64,000 bases of DNA. It comes from Phycisphaerae bacterium. Lineage in GTDB: Bacteria > Planctomycetota > Phycisphaerae > UBA1845 > Fen-1342. Below the pieces are notes generated by a model. The model saw only the letters and a list, made by a program, of their open reading frames with translations, did no database searches and was not told the DNA's origin. The first letter of the stretch is position 1, and each line of letters starts with the position of its first letter. Both the position numbers and the translations under genes were made by a program. Shown one piece after another: positions 52,860 through 62,622 of the stretch. The stretch covers positions 1 to 64,000 of the forward strand of contig JASFQK010000033.1 in NCBI GenBank assembly GCA_050115495.1, given 5' to 3'.

Positions 52860-53924
52860 ATGAACGGGTTCAAGGCAGGCGGCGGTTGGCTGGCGGCAGC
52901 CGTTATCCTTTTCTGCTGTGCCGCCCAGGTCATCGCTCAGGACGCGCCGGTCGTCACCGGCGTTTCCAGCCCGACGGGCATCACCTGGACGCCCGCCGGC
53001 GGCGAGGCCTTCTCCCCCGACTGCGGCGTCCGGCTCGACCGCGGGCAGTTGATCGTCGCTGCCGAGCAGCAGGCGATGCTCTACAGCGCCGGCGGCCAGG
53101 TCGCCATCGTCGCCATCGGCCCGTGCACGCTGGATGTGCGGAACGAGGACGGCCAGCGCGAGCTTCTGCTTCGTGAAGGGCGACTGGCCCTAGCTTCCAC
53201 GATGGCGGGTGCGGAGCAGGTCCTGGCCTTCGCGGCCGCGGGTGCTGGCACCGTACGGGCGGTCGAGGGCTACCCCGCCCGGGGCTGGACCTACCTGGCC
53301 TGCGACGGTGACACGGTCGACGTGGCCTACATCGCCGAGACGCAGCCGGCCGAGACGCTGCCCGTCACGGTCGGCGGCGATACGGTCGAGGTGGCGGACG
53401 GTCAGCGGCTCATCGTCTCCGGCGGCATGGCCCGCACCGAGCCGCTGGACAACTGGCTCGCCGAGCAGGGCTTCCGCCAGGCCTGGCCCGAGCGTATCGG
53501 CGTGGCCTCGGCCCGTGACCGGCGGCAGTCGTTGCAGAAGGACCTCTTTCTGAACGTGATCAAGTGGGACCGCTACAGCCAGGCCCAGCAAGTCATCACC
53601 CGCCTGCGCGTCGAGCAGTTCCGCCCCGAGATTCGTGTCGTCCAGGTAGCCGTCACCGGTCAGTTGGCCTCGACCGGGCAATATGGGACGACGACCCGTC
53701 CACCGCCGTTCTCCGGCGCCAACGAGGTGCCGCCGCTGTCGCCGGCGGCGGTCAGTGTCGGTGGTGTGACCGCCGTGCAACTGAATGTTAATGCGCGCGA
53801 ATTGCTGACCGCGACCGGCTCACGCGGACTGGGCTTCAACGGGCTGAGCCGGCTGGCGATTCCCGGCCTGCTGCCGGGTGGTCTGCTGTCTACCGGACCG
53901 GCCGGTTTGGGTGCGCAGCGCTAA
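52860..53924 (+). CDS. Exported beta-rich hypothetical protein (possibly FecR-like)
   Basis: GGAGG RBS, signal peptide and an LLLREGRL strand pattern. Confidence 0.6.
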   Translation: MNGFKAGGGWLAAAVILFCCAAQVIAQDAPVVTGVSSPTGITWTPAGGEAFSPDCGVRLDRGQLIVAAEQQAMLYSAGGQVAIVAIGPCTLDVRNEDGQRELLLREGRLALASTMAGAEQVLAFAAAGAGTVRAVEGYPARGWTYLACDGDTVDVAYIAETQPAETLPVTVGGDTVEVADGQRLIVSGGMARTEPLDNWLAEQGFRQAWPERIGVASARDRRQSLQKDLFLNVIKWDRYSQAQQVITRLRVEQFRPEIRVVQVAVTGQLASTGQYGTTTRPPPFSGANEVPPLSPAAVSVGGVTAVQLNVNARELLTATGSRGLGFNGLSRLAIPGLLPGGLLSTGPAGLGAQR

Positions 53925-54246
53925 GCGTCCGAGTTTGCGGTCCGATACCTCTGCTCGCGGCCACCGTGGCAAAAAAACGCTCACTGTCGCCGGGGCGAGC
54001 GGAGTAGAATTAAACCTAGGCCGAATGCGCGCGCCGGCTTCGGGCAGGTCGGTGGAAGTGCCGCGGGGCACGCGCAACTGGAATCAAACGCCGACAGGGA
54101 GGCAGGCGCGCATGTCAGCGGCGCACGGAGGCGCCCCGAGGGACGGTACGTCAACGTGGATAGCAGCACGCGGGACCTGACACGCTGCGGCCCGGTCCGC
54201 CGCCACCCGGCCAGCCCGCTGCCTTGGAGAGTCTGGAGGTTACGTC

Positions 54247-57200
54247 ATGCCTACCGTATCGAACAACACACGGGTAGTGACCAGGTCGACATCCTCACGC
54301 CGGCGACGCGGAGCGCTTAGCGTCGGCCTCTGGCTGGCCGCGATGCTCCTCGCCGCCTGGCCGGCCAGCGCGCTGGCCCAGACCGACCCGGCGACCTCGA
54401 CGGTCGTGGCCGCCGACGGCGTGGCCGTCGCCAATGGCGTCGACACCGAGCTCATCACGGTGACGTTGCTCGACGCCACGTTGAACCCTGTGGTGGGCCA
54501 CACCGTCTCGCTCGCCGCGATCGGTGCCCCCGCCGGCGTGGTCATCAGTGCTCCCTCCGGGCCCTCCGACGGCAGCGGCGAGGTAACCTTCACCGTTACC
54601 TCGACCGACTCGTACGCCGCCCCCGGCGTCGAGTTTGAGGCCACCGACGACACCGACACCGTCACGATTATCCAGACGGCCTTCGTCGTCTTTGACCCCG
54701 GCCCGACCAGCGCCGCGACCTCGACCGTCGCGGCCGCCGACGGGACGGCGGTTGCCGACGGCATCGAGACCGAGATCATCACCGTCACGCTGCTCGACGC
54801 CAACAGCAACCCGATTCCCGGCCACGCCGTCTCGCTGCTCGCGGACGGGTCGCCGGCGGGTGTGGTCATCGCCGCGGTTGGCGGACAAACCCACTCCGAC
54901 GCCAACGGCCAGGTCTTCTACGCCGTTCGTTCGAGCGTCCCCCACAGCCCCGTCGGCGTTACGTTCCGGGCCTATGACCTGACCGAGCTCGTCGCCATCA
55001 CGCAGACGGCCGACGTCGTCTTCACCACCAACGAGACCGACGCCGGCACTTCCACGGTCAGCGCCAACCCCGCCACCGTGCCGGCCAACGGCACGACCAC
55101 CAGCCTGATCACCGTCGTGCTGAGCAACGCGGGTGGTAATCCCGTGCCGGGTCACGCGGTCTCGCTCGCGGCGATCGGCGCCCCGTCCGGTGTCAGCATC
55201 AGCGCCCCGTCCGGTGTCTCCACCGCCGCCGGCGTCGTCACCTTCACCGTGACTTCCACCGACGTCCACGCCGCCCCCGGCGTCGAGTTCGAGGCCACCG
55301 ACGACACCGACGCAACGACCATCATCGACACGGCCTTCGTCGTCTTCGCGGCCGGCACCACCAGCTCCTCGGCCTCGACCGTTGACGCGGCCGATGGCAC
55401 CGCCCTGGCCAACGGCGTCGAAACCGAACTCATCACCGTCACACTGTTCGACAGCAACGGTCACCGGCTCGCCGGTCACAACGTCTCGCTGGCCGCCGTC
55501 GGCAGTCCCGCCGGCGTCGCCGTCAGCGCCCCCTCGGGCCCCTCGGACGTTGCCGGCCAGGTGACCTTCAGCGTCACCTCGAACGTCGCCCATGGCGCCC
55601 CCGGCGTTGAATTCCGGGCCACCGACACGACTGACGGCGTTGCCATCGCCGACACCGCCTTCGTCGTCTTCACCCCTGGCGCCACCAGCGCCAGTGCCTC
55701 GACCGTTGATCCGGCGGACGGCGCCTGCACCGCCAACGGCTCCGAAACCGAGCTCATCACCGTCACCCTGCGTGACGCCAACAACAACCCCATCGCCGGC
55801 CACAGCGTATCGCTGGCGGCCGTCGGTGCCCCCGCCGGCGTGAACATCAGTGCCCCCTCCGGACCCTCCACTGCCGCTGGCGTGGTCACCTTCACCGTGT
55901 CTTCCAGCGTGGCCTACGCCGCTCCCGGCGTTGAGTTCGAGGCCACCGACGATACGGCGGCGACGACCATTCTCGACACGGCGTTTGTCGTCTTCACCAC
56001 GGGTTCGACGAGTTCGACCACCTCGGCGGTTGCGGCCGCCGACGGCACCGCCATCGCCGACGGCGCCGAGACCGAGCTGATCACCGTCACCCTGCGCGAC
56101 GGCAGCAGCAACCCGGTCGTCGGCCACAACGTCTCGCTGGTCGCCGTCGGCGCCCCGGCGGGTGTGGCGATCAGCGCCCCCTCCGGTGCCTCCGACGGCA
56201 GCGGTCAGGTAACCTTCACTGTCACGTCGACCGTTTCCCACGCCGCCCCTGGCGTTGAGTTCCGCGCCACCGACACGACCGACGGCATCACCATCACGGA
56301 CACGGCCGCCGTCGTCTTCACCGCCGGCCCCACCAGTGCCGCGGCGTCGACCGTCGTTGCGGCGGACGGCGTCTGCGTTGCCAACGGCATCGATACCGAG
56401 CTCATCACCGTCACGCTGCGCGACGCCCTGGGCAACCCCGTCCCCGGCCATAACGTGACGCTCACCGCCCTCGGCGCCCCCGCTGGCGTCGGCATCAGCG
56501 GCCCCTCCGGCATCTCCGGCCCGGACGGCGTCGTCACCTTCACGGTGACCTCGACCGTGGCCCACGGTGCCCCCGGCGTCGAATTCGAAGCCACTGACAC
56601 AACCGCCGGCACGCCGATCACCGATACGGCGCTCGTCGTCTTCGGCTCCGGCTCGACGAGCTCCACGACGTCCACCGTCGCCCCGGCGGATGGCTCGGCT
56701 GTCGCCGACGGCGCGGAGACCGAACTGATCACCGTCACGCTGCGAGACGTGAACAGCAACCCGGTCGTCGGCCACAACGTTGTCCTGGTCGCCGTCGGCG
56801 GCCCGGCGGGTGTGGCGGTCGGCGCCGCTTCCGGCCCCTCCGATGGCGCCGGCATCGTGACCTTCAACGTGACCTCGACCGTCTCCTACGCCGCCCCCGG
56901 CGTTGAGTTCCGCGCTACCGACACGACGGACGGCGTCGCCATCGCCGGCACGGCGTTCGTGATCTTCGTCCCCGGCCCGACCGACGCCACGACCTCGATC
57001 GTCGATCCGGTCGATGGTACCTGCGTCGCCAACGGTAGCGACGGCGAGCTCATCACCGTTACGCTGCTCGACGCACTGGGCAACCCCGTCCCCGGCCACG
57101 ACGTCACACTCGTCGCGGTCGGCGCTCCTGCCGGCGTCACGATCAGCGCCCCCTCCGGCTCCTCGACCACCGCCGGCATCGTCACCTTCACGGTCCGGTC

Positions 57201-60200
57201 GACCGTGTCCTACGGAGCCCCCGGCGTTGAGTTCGAAGCCACCGACACGACCGCCGGCACGACCATCAACGACACGGCGCTCGTGATCTTCGGCTCTGGC
57301 TCGACCAGTTCTACAACGTCCACCGTCGCCCCGGCCGACGGTACCGCCGTCGCTGACGGCGCGGAGACCGAGCTGATCACCGTCACACTGCGCGACGTGA
57401 ACAGCAACCCGATCGCCGGCCACAACGTGTCTCTGGTCGCGGTCGGCGCCCCGGCGGGCGTCGCGATCAGCGCCCCCTCCGGTGCCTCCGACGCCGACGG
57501 TCACGTGACCTTCACGGTCACCTCGACCGTCACGCACGCTGCCCCCGGCGTCGAGTTCCGCGCGACCGACATGACTGACGGTATCACGATCACGGGTACG
57601 GCTCTGGTCGTTTTCACCGCCGGCTCTACCAGTGCGGCCAACTCCACCGTCGACGCGGCCCCTACGCAGGTCGCCGCCGACGGCGTCGCGGCCAGCACCG
57701 TCACCGTCACCCTGCGTGACGGGCTGAACAACCCCGTTCCCAATCACAACGTCTCGCTGGCGGCCACTGGCTCTCCGGCCGGTGTGGTCATCAGCGCCCC
57801 GTCCGGCCCCTCCGATGCCAACGGCGTCGTGACCTTCACCGTTACGTCCACCATGGCGTATGACCCGCCGGGCGTCGAGTTCGTGGCCACGGACGACACC
57901 GTCGCCGTCACCATCACTGACACGGCGGACGTCGCCTTCACGCCGGACGCGACCAGCCCGGTCAACTCCACGGTCGATGCGGCCGATGGCACGGCCACGG
58001 CCGACGGCGCCGACACCGAGCTCATCACCGTCACCCTGCGTGACGCCAACAACAACCCCGTGCCCAACCACGACGTCGCCCTCGAGCTCGTCGGCGGCGG
58101 CACCATCGACTTCGGCGTGCCCTCCGGGCCCTCCGGCGCGAACGGCGTGGTCACCTTCAACGTCTCCACCACCGTCGCCGCCTCGCTCACCATACGGGCC
58201 GTCGACACCACGGCCAGCGTCGTCATCAACGACACGGCCATCGTCGACTTTGTCCCCGGCCCGGCTGACCACTTGAGCTTCGTGCAGCAGCCGACCAACG
58301 TGGCCACGGGCAGCACGATCAATCCGCCCGTTACCGTCGAGATCCTCGACGCCCAGAACAACCGCGTCACCACCGCCGTCGACCTGGTGAACCTCGTCAT
58401 CGAGGCCAACCCTGGCGGTGGCACGCTCGACGGCACGCTGCCGCAAGCCGCGGTTGCCGGTTTGGCTACGTTTGCCGATCTGACCATCGACCACATCGGC
58501 GTTGGCTACACGCTGCGGGCCGAGGCCGTCGGTCTCACGCCGGCCACGTCGGCGCTCTTTGACGTCTCCGCCGGCCGCAACCTGGTCGCCACCAGCGTCG
58601 AGCTGGTGAACGTCGGCGAGCAGCGGCACCTCCAGGCCAACTATTTCGTCGAGGGCGCCGAAATGCTCGGCGAGTTCGACATCACCTATCGCATCGAGCG
58701 TGCCGGCGGCGCCCTGGTCCATGAGGACACGGTGCGCATCACCGCCGCCGACCTGCGCACGCCCGGCTCGCGCAAGGCTGACCTGGGCGACATCCGTCCG
58801 TTCCTCAACGAGGTTATCGCTCAGGGTGACCGCCTGCTTATCGCCCTCGATTCCGCCAACGAGATCGACGAGGGCACGGCCGCCAACGAGACCGACAACG
58901 ACGCCGAGACCTCGCTGACCGTCGACCTGGCCAGCCAGTCGATCGTCGCCGACGTCCAGGGTGTGAACTCCAGCGTGCGCGTCACGTACGCCGTGAACAG
59001 CCCCGCCGACGTGCCGCCCTTCGTCATTCGGGTCGGGATCGACACCAACGGCGACGGCACGATCGACGACACGCTCCGCGACTACAGCACGGCGGCGGAC
59101 GAGATCACGCCGGGCACGCACGTGGCCATCGTCGCACTGCCCACGCAGTTCACCGCCCGCGGCCTCGCCGCCAACGCCAACATCCGCATCGTGGCCCAGT
59201 TGGACGCCACCGGCACCGTGCTCGAATCCGACGCCGGCAACAACCGGGCCAACACGCAGACCACGTACGGCGTCGACCTCGTGCTGACCCGCCTGGTCTT
59301 CCCCGGCACCGCTCTGGGGCAGGACTTCGAGGTCACGCTCGACTACACCGTTAACTCCAACCCGGTCAGTGAGAACTTCACGATCGGTTTCTACGTCGCC
59401 GGCGATTCGCAGATCAGCGCCGCCAGCCTCGGTTCGGCCACGCGCTTCGCGACGCGGACCATCACTACCGCGGCCGACCGCACCGTCGGCCTGCACACGA
59501 AGACGTTCGTGCTGAACATCCCGGCGGATGCCTTCGCCAGCATCAACTTCTTCGTCAAGGCCCGCATCGACGACGGCGCCGGCGTGACCGAGGTGGACGA
59601 GGGCAACAACATCATCGCTTCGCCCAACTCCACGTCCGATCCGAACGCCGATGTCGACGGCGACGGTCTCACCCGGCAGGAGGAGGAATCCGGCTTCCAG
59701 ATTCCGGCGAACCAGATCTACCGCGCCGATGAGCCCCTGAGCAACGCGATCAGCCCGCTCGGTACCCGCACGTTCGATACCGAGCGTGACAGCGACGCCG
59801 ACGGCCTCGACGACCGCCTCGAGCGTAAGACCGGCACCAACCCTGCCGACCGCGACAGCGATGGCGACGGCATCACGGACGGCGTGGAAGACGCCAACCA
59901 GAACGGCATCGTCGACGCCGGCGAGACGAACCCGCGCCACTGGGACTCCGACGAGGACGGCCTCTCCGACCTTGAGGAGTTGACCGGCTTCGACATCACC
60001 CGCTACCCGGCCGGCCTCCAGTCCGGCCGCTTCCAGCGACAGCTCGTCGTGCGCGTTACGACCGATCCCCGAAGGGCGGACACCGACGGTGACGGCCTCA
60101 GCGATTGGGACGAGGTCAACACCTACGCCCGGTCCGCCGACGGTGACGGCGGCGTGCCCAGCATCGGTCTGGACGCGCTCACGGCCCGGATCAGCCGCGC

Positions 60201-61032
60201 CGTGAACAAGCCGGTCTGGGGCATTCGCACCGACCCGACCCTCATCGACACCGACGAGGACGGCCTGCCCGACTCCACCGACCCGGCGCCGGCCATCAAC
60301 CCGGCTCGCTGGGGCTACGACACCCAGCCCGACGGCGGCACGGCGGACGGCCTCTTCAACGACGAGGACATCCAGCGCCTGCGCACCGACCCCCGTCTCA
60401 CGGCCGAACAGCAGGCCACCTACCCGACGACCGTCGAAGCCTTCCAGCGCCTGCTGCTCGACTTCGACCAGGACCGCGACGGGTTCCTCGAAGCCCCCGA
60501 CGCCAACGGCGACGGTTTCCCCGACTTCACCCGCTACAACGAGGCCACCCTCGAGCAGTCTTACCGCATCGACTTCAGCAACAACGGCAGCCTCGATGAC
60601 GGCTTCGACGTCGGCGGTCTCAACCCCGGCAACGCCGACGCCCCCGCCGACACCAGCGGCGCCGCCCGCTACGGCTCCTACCGCGTCACCCACGCCGACG
60701 CCGGTGTGGCCCGCGGCGACGGCACGCTCGATCTCGCCGACGACACGCTCGATGCTCCGGGCGACGCCATCGGTTTCCTGCTCCTGGCCGACAACTGCCC
60801 CAACGAATACAACCCTGGCCAGGAGGACTTCGACGGCGACGGTCTCGGCGACCTGTGCGACGCCGATCTCGATAACGACGGTGTGCCCAACGACATCGAC
60901 TCCGTCCGGCAGACGCCGCTGGCCACGCCGGTCTGCGGTCTCGGCGTTGTTCAGGCCATGATGCTCAGCCTGGCCGGTCTCATGGGCCTGCGCCTCGGCG
61001 GCGGCGCGCGTCGGCGACGCTCGGCCTGCTAG
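54247..61032 (+). CDS. 2261-aa surface adhesin: 12 invasin-type Ig (Big_1) repeats, CARDB-like domains, Ca-binding DxDxDG/TSP3 repeats and a C-terminal CGxG-TM-basic anchor
   Basis: Signal peptide, repeated STV.AADG.A.A[ND]G..TELITVTL.D..NP.GH.V.L units, E.DE.NN motifs, DSDGDG repeats and PVCGLG-hydrophobic-RRRR. Confidence 0.9.
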   Translation: MPTVSNNTRVVTRSTSSRRRRGALSVGLWLAAMLLAAWPASALAQTDPATSTVVAADGVAVANGVDTELITVTLLDATLNPVVGHTVSLAAIGAPAGVVISAPSGPSDGSGEVTFTVTSTDSYAAPGVEFEATDDTDTVTIIQTAFVVFDPGPTSAATSTVAAADGTAVADGIETEIITVTLLDANSNPIPGHAVSLLADGSPAGVVIAAVGGQTHSDANGQVFYAVRSSVPHSPVGVTFRAYDLTELVAITQTADVVFTTNETDAGTSTVSANPATVPANGTTTSLITVVLSNAGGNPVPGHAVSLAAIGAPSGVSISAPSGVSTAAGVVTFTVTSTDVHAAPGVEFEATDDTDATTIIDTAFVVFAAGTTSSSASTVDAADGTALANGVETELITVTLFDSNGHRLAGHNVSLAAVGSPAGVAVSAPSGPSDVAGQVTFSVTSNVAHGAPGVEFRATDTTDGVAIADTAFVVFTPGATSASASTVDPADGACTANGSETELITVTLRDANNNPIAGHSVSLAAVGAPAGVNISAPSGPSTAAGVVTFTVSSSVAYAAPGVEFEATDDTAATTILDTAFVVFTTGSTSSTTSAVAAADGTAIADGAETELITVTLRDGSSNPVVGHNVSLVAVGAPAGVAISAPSGASDGSGQVTFTVTSTVSHAAPGVEFRATDTTDGITITDTAAVVFTAGPTSAAASTVVAADGVCVANGIDTELITVTLRDALGNPVPGHNVTLTALGAPAGVGISGPSGISGPDGVVTFTVTSTVAHGAPGVEFEATDTTAGTPITDTALVVFGSGSTSSTTSTVAPADGSAVADGAETELITVTLRDVNSNPVVGHNVVLVAVGGPAGVAVGAASGPSDGAGIVTFNVTSTVSYAAPGVEFRATDTTDGVAIAGTAFVIFVPGPTDATTSIVDPVDGTCVANGSDGELITVTLLDALGNPVPGHDVTLVAVGAPAGVTISAPSGSSTTAGIVTFTVRSTVSYGAPGVEFEATDTTAGTTINDTALVIFGSGSTSSTTSTVAPADGTAVADGAETELITVTLRDVNSNPIAGHNVSLVAVGAPAGVAISAPSGASDADGHVTFTVTSTVTHAAPGVEFRATDMTDGITITGTALVVFTAGSTSAANSTVDAAPTQVAADGVAASTVTVTLRDGLNNPVPNHNVSLAATGSPAGVVISAPSGPSDANGVVTFTVTSTMAYDPPGVEFVATDDTVAVTITDTADVAFTPDATSPVNSTVDAADGTATADGADTELITVTLRDANNNPVPNHDVALELVGGGTIDFGVPSGPSGANGVVTFNVSTTVAASLTIRAVDTTASVVINDTAIVDFVPGPADHLSFVQQPTNVATGSTINPPVTVEILDAQNNRVTTAVDLVNLVIEANPGGGTLDGTLPQAAVAGLATFADLTIDHIGVGYTLRAEAVGLTPATSALFDVSAGRNLVATSVELVNVGEQRHLQANYFVEGAEMLGEFDITYRIERAGGALVHEDTVRITAADLRTPGSRKADLGDIRPFLNEVIAQGDRLLIALDSANEIDEGTAANETDNDAETSLTVDLASQSIVADVQGVNSSVRVTYAVNSPADVPPFVIRVGIDTNGDGTIDDTLRDYSTAADEITPGTHVAIVALPTQFTARGLAANANIRIVAQLDATGTVLESDAGNNRANTQTTYGVDLVLTRLVFPGTALGQDFEVTLDYTVNSNPVSENFTIGFYVAGDSQISAASLGSATRFATRTITTAADRTVGLHTKTFVLNIPADAFASINFFVKARIDDGAGVTEVDEGNNIIASPNSTSDPNADVDGDGLTRQEEESGFQIPANQIYRADEPLSNAISPLGTRTFDTERDSDADGLDDRLERKTGTNPADRDSDGDGITDGVEDANQNGIVDAGETNPRHWDSDEDGLSDLEELTGFDITRYPAGLQSGRFQRQLVVRVTTDPRRADTDGDGLSDWDEVNTYARSADGDGGVPSIGLDALTARISRAVNKPVWGIRTDPTLIDTDEDGLPDSTDPAPAINPARWGYDTQPDGGTADGLFNDEDIQRLRTDPRLTAEQQATYPTTVEAFQRLLLDFDQDRDGFLEAPDANGDGFPDFTRYNEATLEQSYRIDFSNNGSLDDGFDVGGLNPGNADAPADTSGAARYGSYRVTHADAGVARGDGTLDLADDTLDAPGDAIGFLLLADNCPNEYNPGQEDFDGDGLGDLCDADLDNDGVPNDIDSVRQTPLATPVCGLGVVQAMMLSLAGLMGLRLGGGARRRRSAC

Positions 61033-61062
61033 GCGGCCACGCCGCGGCGCACCACATAAAAC

Positions 61063-61094
61063 AGCGGCGGCCGAACCAACGTTCGGCCGCCGCT
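61063..61094. terminator. Intrinsic terminator between convergent genes
   Basis: Perfect 14-bp stem AGCGGCGGCCGAAC-CAAC-GTTCGGCCGCCGCT, followed by GTTTTAT on the minus strand. Confidence 0.8.
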
Positions 61095-61132
61095 TGCGTT
61101 ATCCAGTCTGATTGCGGTACCTGGCCCGCCCC

Positions 61133-62434
61133 TTACGGCGCCGGCTGCGTCGTCGCCGGCGGCTTGGGCCGCGCCCTGTGCGGCGCGCGCACCACCGGGA
61201 TGCGCAGCGGTTTGTTGCCGTCGTTCTCCGTTCGCACGATCACGAAGGTTGATCCCGGCGGCTCGTAGTCTGCGGGGACCGTCAGCGTGATCACCGGTCG
61301 CGGCTCTGCATCGTAGCGCACCTTGACCGTCGGGTCCGTGCACGACACGTTCACGACCTTGTCTTCCTGGCCCGGTGCCCACGCCAGCCGCACGGCGAAG
61401 TCCTGCTCGGCCGGCAGATTGGCCGACAGACCGAAGCGCGGCGGCACCGATCGCAGCCGCGGTGTCAACTGCCCGATCACGCGGATTCGCTCTTCCGGCG
61501 ACTCCGGCACACCTGTCTTCACCACCAGCGTCTCACGCAGGTACTTCTTCGGCCAGGGCGGTGTGAACGTCACTTGGAGCTCGTACCGCTCTCCCTTCTC
61601 GACCTCGCGCACCTCCACCGTCAATTGCGGGTTCTTCGGCGTTTCCACCACCGGCGCGATCGGTCCGCCGTCCCCGCGGGTCAGCCTCAGCTTGCGCGTG
61701 ATGGCGGGCGTGCTCGCCGTGACCAACCCGAAGTTCACGAGCGACGGACTGAGGCGCAGCGGCTCGTACACGAAACCCTTGCACACCAGCCGCAACTGTG
61801 CCTGCTGGGCGTCGTTCGTCTCAACGCGGACAGTCTTCTCGAACTTGCCCCGCCGAGCCGTCGTCGGGACACTCACCTTGACTTCTTCTGCCTGACCCGG
61901 AGCGATGGTACGGTCCAACTGACCGTGGATGGTGAGCCCTCACGGCTTCAGCAGGTGGATGTCCAGGGCGCCTTGCCCCTCGTTGCGCACCGAGAAAACG
62001 AACTCGATGCTTGGGCCCCGCCAGCAGGCCGCCTTCTCCAGCTCCGGCTTGTCACACGTCACTTTCGGCTGCGGCTGATCCGCTGGCGGGGGGATCAACC
62101 GGCGATTGCTGGTATCCCCGCAGCCCTTCGCCCCCGCCGGCTGCGTGGCCGGCTGCGGTGTGGCGGGTTTCTTCTCCTGTGACTTATCGGCCCCTTCCTT
62201 CTTCTTCGCCTCGTGGGCTTGGCGGACCGCCTCCTCGATCATGCGGATCAGCTCGGCGTCCGATTGCTGGGTCGGCTGGCTGGCCGGGGGCTCGGTTACT
62301 TCCTGCGGAACCGGGCCAGCGCCCGCCCGCGGGACCACCGCCACACCCAACGCGATCGCCAGCACCAGCGCCCCGCCCGCAATCCACGGGCCCGGTCGCC
62401 TGCCGTTTCGCCCCTTCGCCCTAATTCCCTTCAT
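61133..62434 (-). CDS. Exported DUF1573-like Ig-domain protein, paralog B, with in-frame UGA at 61940-61942 (candidate selenoprotein)
   Basis: GGAG RBS, ATG 62434 and signal peptide. FSVRNEGQGALDIHLLKP-UGA-GLTIHGQLDRTIAPGQAEEVKV continues in frame to TAA at 61133. Confidence 0.75.
61910..61926 (-). promoter_or_regulatory. Candidate bacterial SECIS hairpin (paralog B)
   Basis: ACGGUC-AGUUG-GACCGU starting 13 nt after the UGA. Confidence 0.6.
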
Positions 62435-62622
62435 TGACTCCGTCCTGGGTAGGCCCACTCGCCGACCAACGTACGCCTGCCGGTTCCCGACCGACAACAG
62501 CCGGCTATTCTATCGACCACTTGGTTATTCACCAAAACCCCCCGGGCGCACGCCAAATAGAACCGCCGCCGGCAGAAGCCGGCGGCGGTCTGATAGTCGT
62601 CATTGCGATGCGCCCGGTCGCG

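Noticed and set aside
54295..60693. 2132-aa antisense ORF opposite the adhesin
   Set aside because: Shadow frame of a GC3-rich repetitive gene with no motifs. The same applies to other long antisense ORFs such as 19736-22207, 50796-52763 and 2921-4879.
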